DNA of 64,000 nucleotides from Burkholderiales bacterium (GTDB lineage: Bacteria > Pseudomonadota > Gammaproteobacteria > Burkholderiales > Casimicrobiaceae). A program made the position numbers and the translations under genes. The stretch spans positions 60,505-124,504 of the forward strand of contig JBDHRR010000001.1 in the NCBI GenBank assembly GCA_039807685.1. The letters run 5' to 3'. Below the pieces are notes generated by a model. The model saw only the letters and a program-made list of their open reading frames with translations, did no database searches and was not told where the DNA came from. Position 1 is the stretch's first letter; the number at the start of each line of letters is the position of its first letter. Below, in pieces: positions 56,661 to 64,000 of the stretch.

Positions 56661-57659
56661 CTATTCCTTGTTGCCGAGCTTCGAGAGGCTTTCTGGCGTG
56701 TAGTGGATGCCCGACTGCGACTGGATGAGGCGGATGTCCTTCCAGCCGCTCGCGTAGTCGACCGCCTTGAAGCCCGACACGTCCTTGAACTCCTTGGCGA
56801 GCGCCGAGTTCTTGAAGTCGAAGGTCAGGAATGCCTCCTTGATCTTCGCCTGCAGCTCGGGCTTGAGGTTGTACGCGACGCCGTAGGCGGTGCGCGGGAA
56901 GGGCTGCGACTCGTACACCACGCGCAGCGCGTCGGGCTTGAACATTCCGCGCGCCTGCATCCGGTCCTTGACCGACGAGGCGATCGGCGCCGCGTCGTAG
57001 TCGCCGTTGACCACCCCCATCACCGAGTTGTCGTGCTTGCCGGAGAAGACGACCTCGTAGTCCTTGCCGGGCTCGATGCCGAACTGCTTGAACAGCACGC
57101 GCGGGGCGGTGTCACCGGAGTTCGACGACGGCGACACGTGCGCCACCCGCTTGCCCTTGAGGTCGGCGACCTTGGTGATCGGACTGTCCTTGCGCACGAT
57201 GAGCTGCAGCGTGTAGCCGATCGTGCCGTCGGCGTGCTGCATGGCGACGAGCGGTACGAAGCCCGCGAGGTTGACCGCGTACGGCGTCGGACCCGCGGCC
57301 ACGCCGGCGATGTGCAGGCGTCCCGAGCGCATCGCCTCGACCTGCGCCGCGTACGATTCGGCCGGGAACCACTTCACGCGCTTGCCGGTGAGCTTGGCGA
57401 TGTGCTGCATGAGCCCGTCGAACACGTTCTCGTAGACCGACGGATCCTCCACCGGCGTGTACGAGAAGACGAGCGTGGCCGGATCCTGCCAGTCCTTGGG
57501 GTTCTTCGGCGTGTCGGCGACGAGATCGCGATTCTCGTCGCAATAGCGGGCGTCGAGGTCGCCACGATTGCTGCAGGTCTGCGCCGCTGCGGGCAGGCAG
57601 AACGCGAACGCGAGAACGGCGAGCGCTGCCGCGCGCGTGGGGATCGAACGGATCGACAT
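56661..57659 (-). CDS. phnD: Phosphate/phosphite/phosphonate ABC substrate-binding protein (PhnD-like)
   Basis: Signal peptide; [44 protein letters not shown]. Confidence 0.85.
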   Translation of the reverse strand: MSIRSIPTRAAALAVLAFAFCLPAAAQTCSNRGDLDARYCDENRDLVADTPKNPKDWQDPATLVFSYTPVEDPSVYENVFDGLMQHIAKLTGKRVKWFPAESYAAQVEAMRSGRLHIAGVAAGPTPYAVNLAGFVPLVAMQHADGTIGYTLQLIVRKDSPITKVADLKGKRVAHVSPSSNSGDTAPRVLFKQFGIEPGKDYEVVFSGKHDNSVMGVVNGDYDAAPIASSVKDRMQARGMFKPDALRVVYESQPFPRTAYGVAYNLKPELQAKIKEAFLTFDFKNSALAKEFKDVSGFKAVDYASGWKDIRLIQSQSGIHYTPESLSKLGNKE

Positions 57660-57747
57660 GGAACTCTCCTCCTGGTGCCGGACGTATGTTCGTCCGGTCG
57701 ATGGCGAGCGTGATTCTAGTCCCGATCGCCGGTGGCGCGCCAATCGC

Positions 57748-58941
57748 TCAGCGATCGGCGGACGCGCCCGCGCGTCGCCGCGCGCCGAGCCACAGGATCG
57801 CCACCGCTGCCGCGACGAGCCACGGCAGCAGCACGAGGTTCATCCGCACCCACCCGAGACTCTCCAGCAATCCGCCGGCGGCAAACGACGAAGTCACCCC
57901 GACGGCAAAGATCGTGAGGTCGTTGATCGCCTGCGCGCGGGCCCGTTCCGCCGGCGTGTACGTTCCGGTGAGCAGCGTCGTGCCGCCGATGTAGAGGAAA
58001 TTCCAGCCTACGCCGAGGAGCACGAGCGCGGCTGCGAACGAGCCGAATCCGGTGCCGGTCAACGTCATGACGATGTGCCCGGCGAGGATCACGGCGCCGG
58101 TGAACATGATGCGCAGGACGCCGAAGCGCGCGATGAGCGAGCCGGTGACGAAAGAGGGGAGGAACATGCCGAGGACGTGGAGCTGGATCACCATCGCCGC
58201 AGCTCCGAGATCGTGCTCGTGGTGGAGCATGGCGATCGGCGTGGCGGTCATGGCGAGGATCATGATGCCGTAGCCGGTCGCGGCGCCGAAGAGCGCGACG
58301 AGATACGCGGGTTGTCCGACCACGGTGCGCCATGGCCGCGCCTTGGCGGCATCGGCGTGGCCCGCGTGCTCGCGCGGCATGCGCAATCCCGTCAGCAGAC
58401 CCGTGGCGAGCAGCGCCACCACGACGAGCAGGACGAATGACCCCAGGTACTCCGGCTTCAGCAGCGGGCCGCCGATGCGCGCGAGCCAGGGCCCGAGGAT
58501 CGCCGCGACGACGCCGCCCGCCATCACCCACGAGATCGCGCGCGGCCGGAATGCGGCGTCGGCGATCTCGCTCGCGGCGAAGCGGTAGAACTGTGCAAAC
58601 GCCTGGTAGGCGCCGACGAGGAACGTCCCGAACGACAGCAGCGCGAGCGATCCGATCGCGATCCCGGCGGCCGCGACGACGCCGCCCGCGGCACCGAGCA
58701 GCGTGCCCGCGAGAAAGCCCGCCCGGCGCCCGACCCGCGCCATCCACATCGACGCCGGGAACATCGCGCACGCGGTGCCGAGGAACATCGTGGCGATCGG
58801 CAGCGTCGCCCAGCGCGGCGACGGCGCGATCTGCGCACCGGCGAGTCCGCCGATCGTCATCACCATCACGGATGCAATCTGGAAGAGCGCCTGGGCGCCG
58901 GCGAGGAGCAGCACCTGCCGGTGCATCGATTCGAGCGGCAT
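57748..58941 (-). CDS. MFS transporter (RfnT-like)
   Basis: 12 TM; RVGRRAGF loop; YRFAASE, GWNFLYIGGTTLL. Confidence 0.85.
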   Translation of the reverse strand: MPLESMHRQVLLLAGAQALFQIASVMVMTIGGLAGAQIAPSPRWATLPIATMFLGTACAMFPASMWMARVGRRAGFLAGTLLGAAGGVVAAAGIAIGSLALLSFGTFLVGAYQAFAQFYRFAASEIADAAFRPRAISWVMAGGVVAAILGPWLARIGGPLLKPEYLGSFVLLVVVALLATGLLTGLRMPREHAGHADAAKARPWRTVVGQPAYLVALFGAATGYGIMILAMTATPIAMLHHEHDLGAAAMVIQLHVLGMFLPSFVTGSLIARFGVLRIMFTGAVILAGHIVMTLTGTGFGSFAAALVLLGVGWNFLYIGGTTLLTGTYTPAERARAQAINDLTIFAVGVTSSFAAGGLLESLGWVRMNLVLLPWLVAAAVAILWLGARRRAGASADR

Positions 58942-58980
58942 CGGGTTGCGCGGAACGGATGAGGAAACGGTGCGGCGGCC

Positions 58981-60333
58981 TCAGCGCGCTTTGTCGCCGG
59001 TGAGGCGGGCGGCGATCAGCGTCGCGTCCCACACCGGCGAGAACGGCGGCGCATAGCCCAGGTCGAGTTGCGAGAATTCGTCGGCGGTCATCCCGTTCCA
59101 TACGGCCACCGCCAGCGCATCGATGCGCTTCGCGGACTCGGGTCCGCCGACGATCTGCGCGCCCAGCAGGCGGCCGCTGCCCCGCTCGGCCACGAGCTTC
59201 ACCGCGATCTTCGCGGCGTCGGGATAGTAGTGCGCCCGCGTGACGCCTTCGATCGACTGCGCGACGGCGTCGAAACCGGCCGCCTGTGCGGCACGCTCGT
59301 TGAGGCCCGTGAGGCCGATCTCGGTTGCGCCCACTCTCGTCACGGCGGTGCCGATCACGCCCGGAAATCGCGCGTGGGTGCCGCTCACGTTCGAGCCGAC
59401 CACGCGACCCTGCTTGTTGGCATGCGTGCCCAAGGCGATCCACGTCGGTCGCCCGCTCACCCGATGGAAGCTCTCCGCGCAATCACCCGCTGCCCAGATG
59501 CGCTCCACCGCGGTCGCCATGCGCGCATCGGTGGCGATGGCGCCCGTCGCGCCGAGCGCGATGCCCGCATCCTTCGCGAGCGCGACGTTGGGGCGAACGC
59601 CCAGTCCCAACACCACGAGATCCGCCGCGACGGCGCCGGAACTCGTGGCAACCGCGCGCACCCACCCGTCGGCGCCCATCTCGAAGCCCTCGACGCCGAC
59701 GCCGAGTTGCAGCTCCACGCCCATCGCGCGCATCGCGGCGGCGACACGCTCGCCCATGTCGGGGTCGAGGGTCGCCATCGGAACGTCGAGCTTCTCGATC
59801 ACCGTGACCTCGAGGCCACGGTTCACCAGCGCTTCGACCACCTCGATGCCGATGTATCCGGCGCCGACAACCACGGCGCGCCTTGGCTTGCGGCTGCGGA
59901 TCGCCTCGTCGATGGCGGTCGCGTTCGGGATCGTGTGGATGACGTGGACGCCCTTCGCGTCGATATTCGCGAACGGCGGGCGGATCGGCGAGGCGCCGGT
60001 GGCGATCACCAGGTGATCGAAGGGCTCGGTGGATTCGCGGCCGTCGGCAAGCGCGCGCACCTGCACGCGGCGCGCCGCGGTGTCGATGGACAGTACCTCG
60101 TGCCCGGTGCGCACGTCGATACCGTTCGCGCGGTGCTGCTCAGGCGAGCGGGCGACGAGTCGTGCCGCATCGGGCACCTGTCCGCCGACGAAGTACGGCA
60201 GGCCGCAGGCCGCGAACGAGGTGTACTCGCCACGCTCGAATACGACGAGTTCCACCGGTTGCGCACCCCGGCTCGCCACGGCCGCCGCCGACATGCCCGC
60301 AGCATCACCCCCAATGACAACGACTTTGGACAT
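58981..60333 (-). CDS. CoA-disulfide reductase / NADH oxidase-family flavoprotein
   Basis: GGDAAGMSAA, SFAACGLPY (single redox Cys), GAGYIG, WAAGDC, LDLGYAPPFS. Confidence 0.88.
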   Translation of the reverse strand: MSKVVVIGGDAAGMSAAAVASRGAQPVELVVFERGEYTSFAACGLPYFVGGQVPDAARLVARSPEQHRANGIDVRTGHEVLSIDTAARRVQVRALADGRESTEPFDHLVIATGASPIRPPFANIDAKGVHVIHTIPNATAIDEAIRSRKPRRAVVVGAGYIGIEVVEALVNRGLEVTVIEKLDVPMATLDPDMGERVAAAMRAMGVELQLGVGVEGFEMGADGWVRAVATSSGAVAADLVVLGLGVRPNVALAKDAGIALGATGAIATDARMATAVERIWAAGDCAESFHRVSGRPTWIALGTHANKQGRVVGSNVSGTHARFPGVIGTAVTRVGATEIGLTGLNERAAQAAGFDAVAQSIEGVTRAHYYPDAAKIAVKLVAERGSGRLLGAQIVGGPESAKRIDALAVAVWNGMTADEFSQLDLGYAPPFSPVWDATLIAARLTGDKAR

Positions 60334-60630
60334 CGAGCCTCCGCAGCGAACGAGATTGTCACGACAAGCATACCGCAGGAGATTTGCGCTCGGTTCGTGC
60401 CACTGCCCATGCGCGCGCTGCTCGGCCATCTGCAAGCGCACTCAGATGCCGATCAGTGCCGCGACGGCGTACGACGACGTGAAGGTATCCGGCCCTCGGA
60501 TTAGCGGGAGCCCCGCGCCGAGAATCTTTGCCACCGATAAATGGGCGTCGACGCGTGTGGTTCGGCGGCAACGCAGCGCGAGGATCAAGGGGGTGAGGTT
60601 GATGCCGTAGCCGACCAAGCCGACGAGTTT

Positions 60631-60795
60631 CTGCTCGGTGAGTCCAATTGTGTCGGCCGCTGGCTGCTTCTGAATGGCGAGGAGGACGGCGGGGCCTCCG
60701 AAGTAGCCGGCGTCGCCTCGCTTGATGGCGGGAGCGAACGTCACGTCGGCGACGCCGCTGAACAGGATCGGCTGCCCATGCTTGACGTCGATCGT
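60631..60795 (-). pseudogene. Internal fragment of a CusA/CzcA-type RND efflux permease
   Basis: TIDVKHGQPILFSGVADVTFAPAIKRGDAGYFGGPAVLLAIQKQPAADTIGLTEQ embedded in otherwise non-protein-like sequence. Confidence 0.65.
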
Positions 60796-61061
60796 TGGCC
60801 GCCCCACGTGCGAGCGCTGCGACGTACGTCCGAAGTCGACCATGTTGCACGAAACTGCCATGAAGATGACAACAACGTAATCTTCGGAACAGCTGGGTGA
60901 AAGCATGGCCCCCCCAGAATCTCCCCATCGTGAGATTTGGGGTTCATCAAGCGGTCGCCCGAGATACGCCAGCGCCACAATGAGCTCAATGCTCAGTACC
61001 GCAAGTTCTCGCCCCGATAGTCGGTCGGGCGCACGCTGGGTGTGTCCGCCGGGAATGCCGG

Positions 61062-61092
61062 TTGACGATTCCATGATGGCAAGGTTGAGAGT
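61062..61092 (+). promoter_or_regulatory. CueR (MerR-type) promoter for copA
   Basis: -35 TTGACG, 19-bp spacer ATTCCATGATGGCAAGGTT (compare E. coli copA TTCCCCTTGCTGGAAGGTT), weak -10 GAGAGT, 25 bp before the start codon. Confidence 0.75.
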
Positions 61093-61116
61093 GGAGTCAA
61101 CTCCCAAACAAAAGGC

Positions 61117-63267
61117 ATGGACATGAATCGTCACTCGCATTACGACGGCCACGCGGGCGGCGAACAGGCTCCAGTGGGAACCATTTACACCTGCCCCATG
61201 CACCCCGAGGTGCAGCAGGATCATCCCGGCAGTTGTCCCAAATGCGGCATGACGCTGGAGCCCATCGTTCCGCTCGACGCGGACGACAACCACGAGCTCA
61301 AGGACTTCCAGCGTCGCTTCTGGTGGACGCTGCCGCTCACGGTCATCGTCACGGTGCTGGCGATGTTCGGCCACCGCTTGGGCTGGTTCGCCATGGCGAC
61401 GCAGAGCTGGATCGAGCTGGTGCTGTCACTGCCCGTGGTGCTGTGGGCCGGCTGGCCCTTCTTCGTGCGTGGCTGGCGCTCCATCGTGCGGCGCAGCCCC
61501 AACATGTGGACCCTGATCGCCCTGGGCACCGGGGCGGCATTCGTCTACAGCGTCGTCGCTACGCTGGCGCCGCAGGTGTTCCCCGCCTCGTTCGTGGCCA
61601 TGGGCCGCGTGGCCGTGTACTTCGAGGCGGCCGTGGTCATCATCTCGTTGACCATGCTCGGGCAGATCCTGGAACTGAAGGCGCGCTCGCAGACCTCGGC
61701 CGCGCTCAAGTCCCTGCTGGGCCTGGCGCCCAAGACCGCGCGCCGCATCAACGCCGATGGCAGCGAGGAGGACGTGCCGCTCGCCCACGTGCACGTCGGC
61801 GACCTGCTGCGCGTGCGCCCCGGCGAGAAGGTGCCCGTCGATGGCGTCGTGACCGAGGGGCGCAGCGCGGTCGATGAATCCATGCTGACCGGCGAGCCCG
61901 TACCCGTGACCAAGCGCGTCGGCGACGCGCTGATCGGCGCCACGCTCAACACCAGCGGGGCGCTGGTCATGCGCTCCGAGAAGGTCGGCGCGGCCACCAT
62001 GCTGGCGCAGATCGTGCAGATGGTGGCCGCAGCCCAGCGCTCCAAGGCGCCCATGCAGCGCATGGCCGACGTGGTGGCGGGCACGTTCGTCCTGGTGGTG
62101 GTGGCAATCGCGGTCGCCACCTTCTTCGTCTGGGGCCTGTTCGGCCCCGAGCCCAGTTGGGTGTTCGGCCTGATCAACGCGGTGGCGGTGCTGATCATCG
62201 CCTGCCCTTGCGCGCTGGGCTTGGCCACGCCCATGTCGGTGATGGTGGCCACGGGACGCGCGGCCACGCAGGGCGTGCTGTTCCGCGATGCCGCAGCCAT
62301 CGAGAAGATGCGCGAGGTGGATACGCTGATCGTGGATAAGACCGGCACGCTCACGGAAGGCCGGCCCGCGTTCGAGACGGCTATTGCCACTCCTGGGTTC
62401 ACGCCCGCCGAAGTGCTGCGCCTGGCGGCCAGCCTGGACCAGGGTAGCGAACACCCGTTGGCCGATGCCATCGTCAGTGCGGCGCGCGAGCAGGGCCTGC
62501 CATTGGCCAAGCCGGCCGACTTCGAGTCGGGCAGCGGCATCGGCGTGCGCGGCATGGTCGAGGGGCGGCGGCTGGCGCTGGGCAATACCACGCTCATGGA
62601 GCAGGAGGGCGTCGACGTGGCGGCGTTGAGGACCGATGCCGAGCGCCTGCGCGGCGAGGGCGCCAGCGTCATGCACCTGGCGGTCGATGGCCGTCTCGCT
62701 GGCCTGCTGGCCGTGACCGACCCCGTCAAGTCCAGCACGCCCGAGGCCATCCGCACCCTGCACGCCAGCGGCCTGCGCATCGTCATGGCCACAGGCGACG
62801 GCCTGACCACCGCCCGCGCCGTGGGTGCCCGGCTGGCAATTGACGAGGTACATGGCGAGGTCAAGCCCGCCGACAAGCTGGCCCTGGTCGAGAAACTGCA
62901 GCAGGAGGGTCGTGTGGTCGCCATGGCCGGCGACGGTATCAACGATGCGCCGGCGCTGGCCAAGGCCGACGTGGGCGTTGCCATGGGCACCGGCACCGAC
63001 GTGGCGATGAACAGCGGCCAGGTCACCTTGGTCAAGGGCGACCTGCGCGGCATCGCGGCGGCGCGCGAAATCTCGACCGACACCGTGCGCAACATGCGGC
63101 AGAACCTGCTGTTCGCCTTCGTCTACAACGGCATCGGCGTGCCGATCGCTGCCGGCCTCCTGTATCCGTTCACGGGCTGGCTGCTGTCGCCGTTGATCGC
63201 CGCGCTGGCGATGAGCCTGAGCTCGGCCTCCGTCATCTTCAACGCGCTGCGGCTGCGGCGCGCATAG
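61117..63267 (+). CDS. copA: Cu(I)-exporting P1B-ATPase with N-terminal heavy-metal-binding domain
   Basis: IYTCPMHP...[31 protein letters not shown] and MSLSS. Confidence 0.93.
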   Translation: MDMNRHSHYDGHAGGEQAPVGTIYTCPMHPEVQQDHPGSCPKCGMTLEPIVPLDADDNHELKDFQRRFWWTLPLTVIVTVLAMFGHRLGWFAMATQSWIELVLSLPVVLWAGWPFFVRGWRSIVRRSPNMWTLIALGTGAAFVYSVVATLAPQVFPASFVAMGRVAVYFEAAVVIISLTMLGQILELKARSQTSAALKSLLGLAPKTARRINADGSEEDVPLAHVHVGDLLRVRPGEKVPVDGVVTEGRSAVDESMLTGEPVPVTKRVGDALIGATLNTSGALVMRSEKVGAATMLAQIVQMVAAAQRSKAPMQRMADVVAGTFVLVVVAIAVATFFVWGLFGPEPSWVFGLINAVAVLIIACPCALGLATPMSVMVATGRAATQGVLFRDAAAIEKMREVDTLIVDKTGTLTEGRPAFETAIATPGFTPAEVLRLAASLDQGSEHPLADAIVSAAREQGLPLAKPADFESGSGIGVRGMVEGRRLALGNTTLMEQEGVDVAALRTDAERLRGEGASVMHLAVDGRLAGLLAVTDPVKSSTPEAIRTLHASGLRIVMATGDGLTTARAVGARLAIDEVHGEVKPADKLALVEKLQQEGRVVAMAGDGINDAPALAKADVGVAMGTGTDVAMNSGQVTLVKGDLRGIAAAREISTDTVRNMRQNLLFAFVYNGIGVPIAAGLLYPFTGWLLSPLIAALAMSLSSASVIFNALRLRRA

Positions 63268-63311
63268 GGCGAGCCATTGACCTCGAAACCTTCAAACATA
63301 GGGGATGCATC

Positions 63312-63572
63312 ATGATGTATGGATGGGCTAACGGCGATATAGCCTGGTGGTTGGGTGCCCACTGGTTCACGATGCTACTGGGCGCGGTGATGATCGTGCT
63401 GCCGTTCTGGAGGATCTTTGCCAAGGCGGGGTTTTCCGGCTGGCTCAGCCTGCTGATGATCGTCCCCATGGTCAACCTGATTGCGTTGTATGTGCTGGCG
63501 TTCTCGGACTGGCCGATTGCGAGGCGCGGGAGCGCGCGGGATACCGGTTCCGCGGGGCCAGATCTGCGGTGA
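63312..63572 (+). CDS. Small membrane protein of unknown function
   Basis: RBS AGGGG; FWRIFAKAGFSGWLSLLMIVPMVNLIALYVLAFSDWP. Confidence 0.7.
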   Translation: MMYGWANGDIAWWLGAHWFTMLLGAVMIVLPFWRIFAKAGFSGWLSLLMIVPMVNLIALYVLAFSDWPIARRGSARDTGSAGPDLR

Positions 63573-63613
63573 CTTGCATGCCCGCAGAGAAGCCGTTGCA
63601 GTCGGTTGGAACT

Positions 63614-64000
63614 TCAGGTTGAACGAGATACGTCGGTTGGCCTACTCGCCGGTGGCGGAAACCGGATTTCGAAGCGCGTTCGCCCACCCGCCGATTGCAC
63701 GTGCACCGACCCGCGGTGCGCGGCCAGGATCGCTTTGGTGATTGCCAATCCAAGACCGGCGCCTTCGGTCGAACGTTTACGCGACGGGTCGACTCGGTAA
63801 AAGCGATCGAAGACTCGCTCAAGATGCTCGGGTGCAATTCCCGCACCCGGGTTTTCCACGGAAAGCGCAACCTCCCCCTCGCCCGCCGGCTCGATCAGCA
63901 CGACGATGATGCCGCTCCTCGGTGTCTGAATGATCGCATTCGACAACAGGTTGCCCACGGCGCGGCGAATCATGAGGCGTTCGCCCGCGACAATACCCTC
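63614..64000 (-). CDS. Heavy-metal sensor histidine kinase (CusS/CopS-like), C-terminal part; runs off the right edge
   Basis: RRAVGNLLSNAI, VENPGAGI, VFDRFYRVDPSR, GAGLGLAI HATPase boxes. Confidence 0.85.
   Translation of the reverse strand, partial: EGIVAGERLMIRRAVGNLLSNAIIQTPRSGIIVVLIEPAGEGEVALSVENPGAGIAPEHLERVFDRFYRVDPSRKRSTEGAGLGLAITKAILAAHRGSVHVQSAGGRTRFEIRFPPPASRPTDVSRST

Noticed and set aside
53175-57659. Phosphonate (C-P lyase) or phosphite oxidation operon
   Set aside because: No phnGHIJKLM, phnX or ptxD is present in the window.
60442-61374. 310-aa minus-strand ORF as an intact gene
   Set aside because: Its first third is antisense to copA and only a short internal CusA-like fragment looks protein-like, so it is treated as a remnant.
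63277-63300. TTGACCTCGAAACC after copA as a second MerR-type promoter
   Set aside because: No dyad symmetry and no properly spaced -10 element.
1-64000. CRISPR arrays, tRNA, rRNA, riboswitches
   Set aside because: No regularly spaced repeats or recognisable structured-RNA signatures were seen in the short intergenic regions; an Infernal/Rfam and tRNAscan run would be needed to exclude them formally.

Overview
A high-GC bacterial chromosome segment. Gene content and a characteristic secreted-protein C-terminal domain suggest a betaproteobacterium (Burkholderiales, Casimicrobiaceae/Usitatibacter-like); this assignment is inference. From left to right: (1) 1-12.3 kb, a C2-sulfonate catabolic cluster (tauR, tauABC, two IclR paralogs, a TRAP transporter, an IseJ-like GMC dehydrogenase, xsc). 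(2) 12.5-20.7 kb, upp, an Mla/Pqi-type ABC system, a codA-like deaminase, a START/SRPBCC protein and hmuUV. (3) 21-28 kb, signalling genes: a CHASE3 kinase, two response regulators, a hemerythrin-like protein, a wHTH-STAND-TPR protein and an atypical FixJ. (4) 28.2-46.5 kb, a low-oxygen respiratory island with two FNR-type boxes. Its left part is a heme-copper enzyme that pipelines would call cytochrome c oxidase. Its active-site helix reads H-S-S-Q-Q, with no cross-linking Tyr, which fits an eNOR-type nitric oxide reductase. It is co-encoded with a CuA subunit, ctaB, SCO, a catalytically altered CtaA, a second subunit-I paralog lacking the His-His metal pair, and two paralogous cytochrome b fusions (cyt b-2x[4Fe-4S]-FlpD/MvhD and cyt b-[2Fe-2S]-FAD/NAD reductase). 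This accessory set is the best candidate for an undescribed system. The right part is a cbb3 oxidase operon (ccoNOQP, short ccoH, ccoI, ccoS; no ccoG). (5) An internally deleted IS630, a secreted hydrolase, two ABC importers around a HAD phosphatase, an MFS transporter and a CoA-disulfide reductase-like enzyme. (6) From about 60.4 kb, the edge of a copper-resistance island (cusA remnant, CueR-type promoter, copA, CusS-like kinase). No rRNA, tRNA or CRISPR array was seen. All product calls come from reading motifs by eye; no database search was run.
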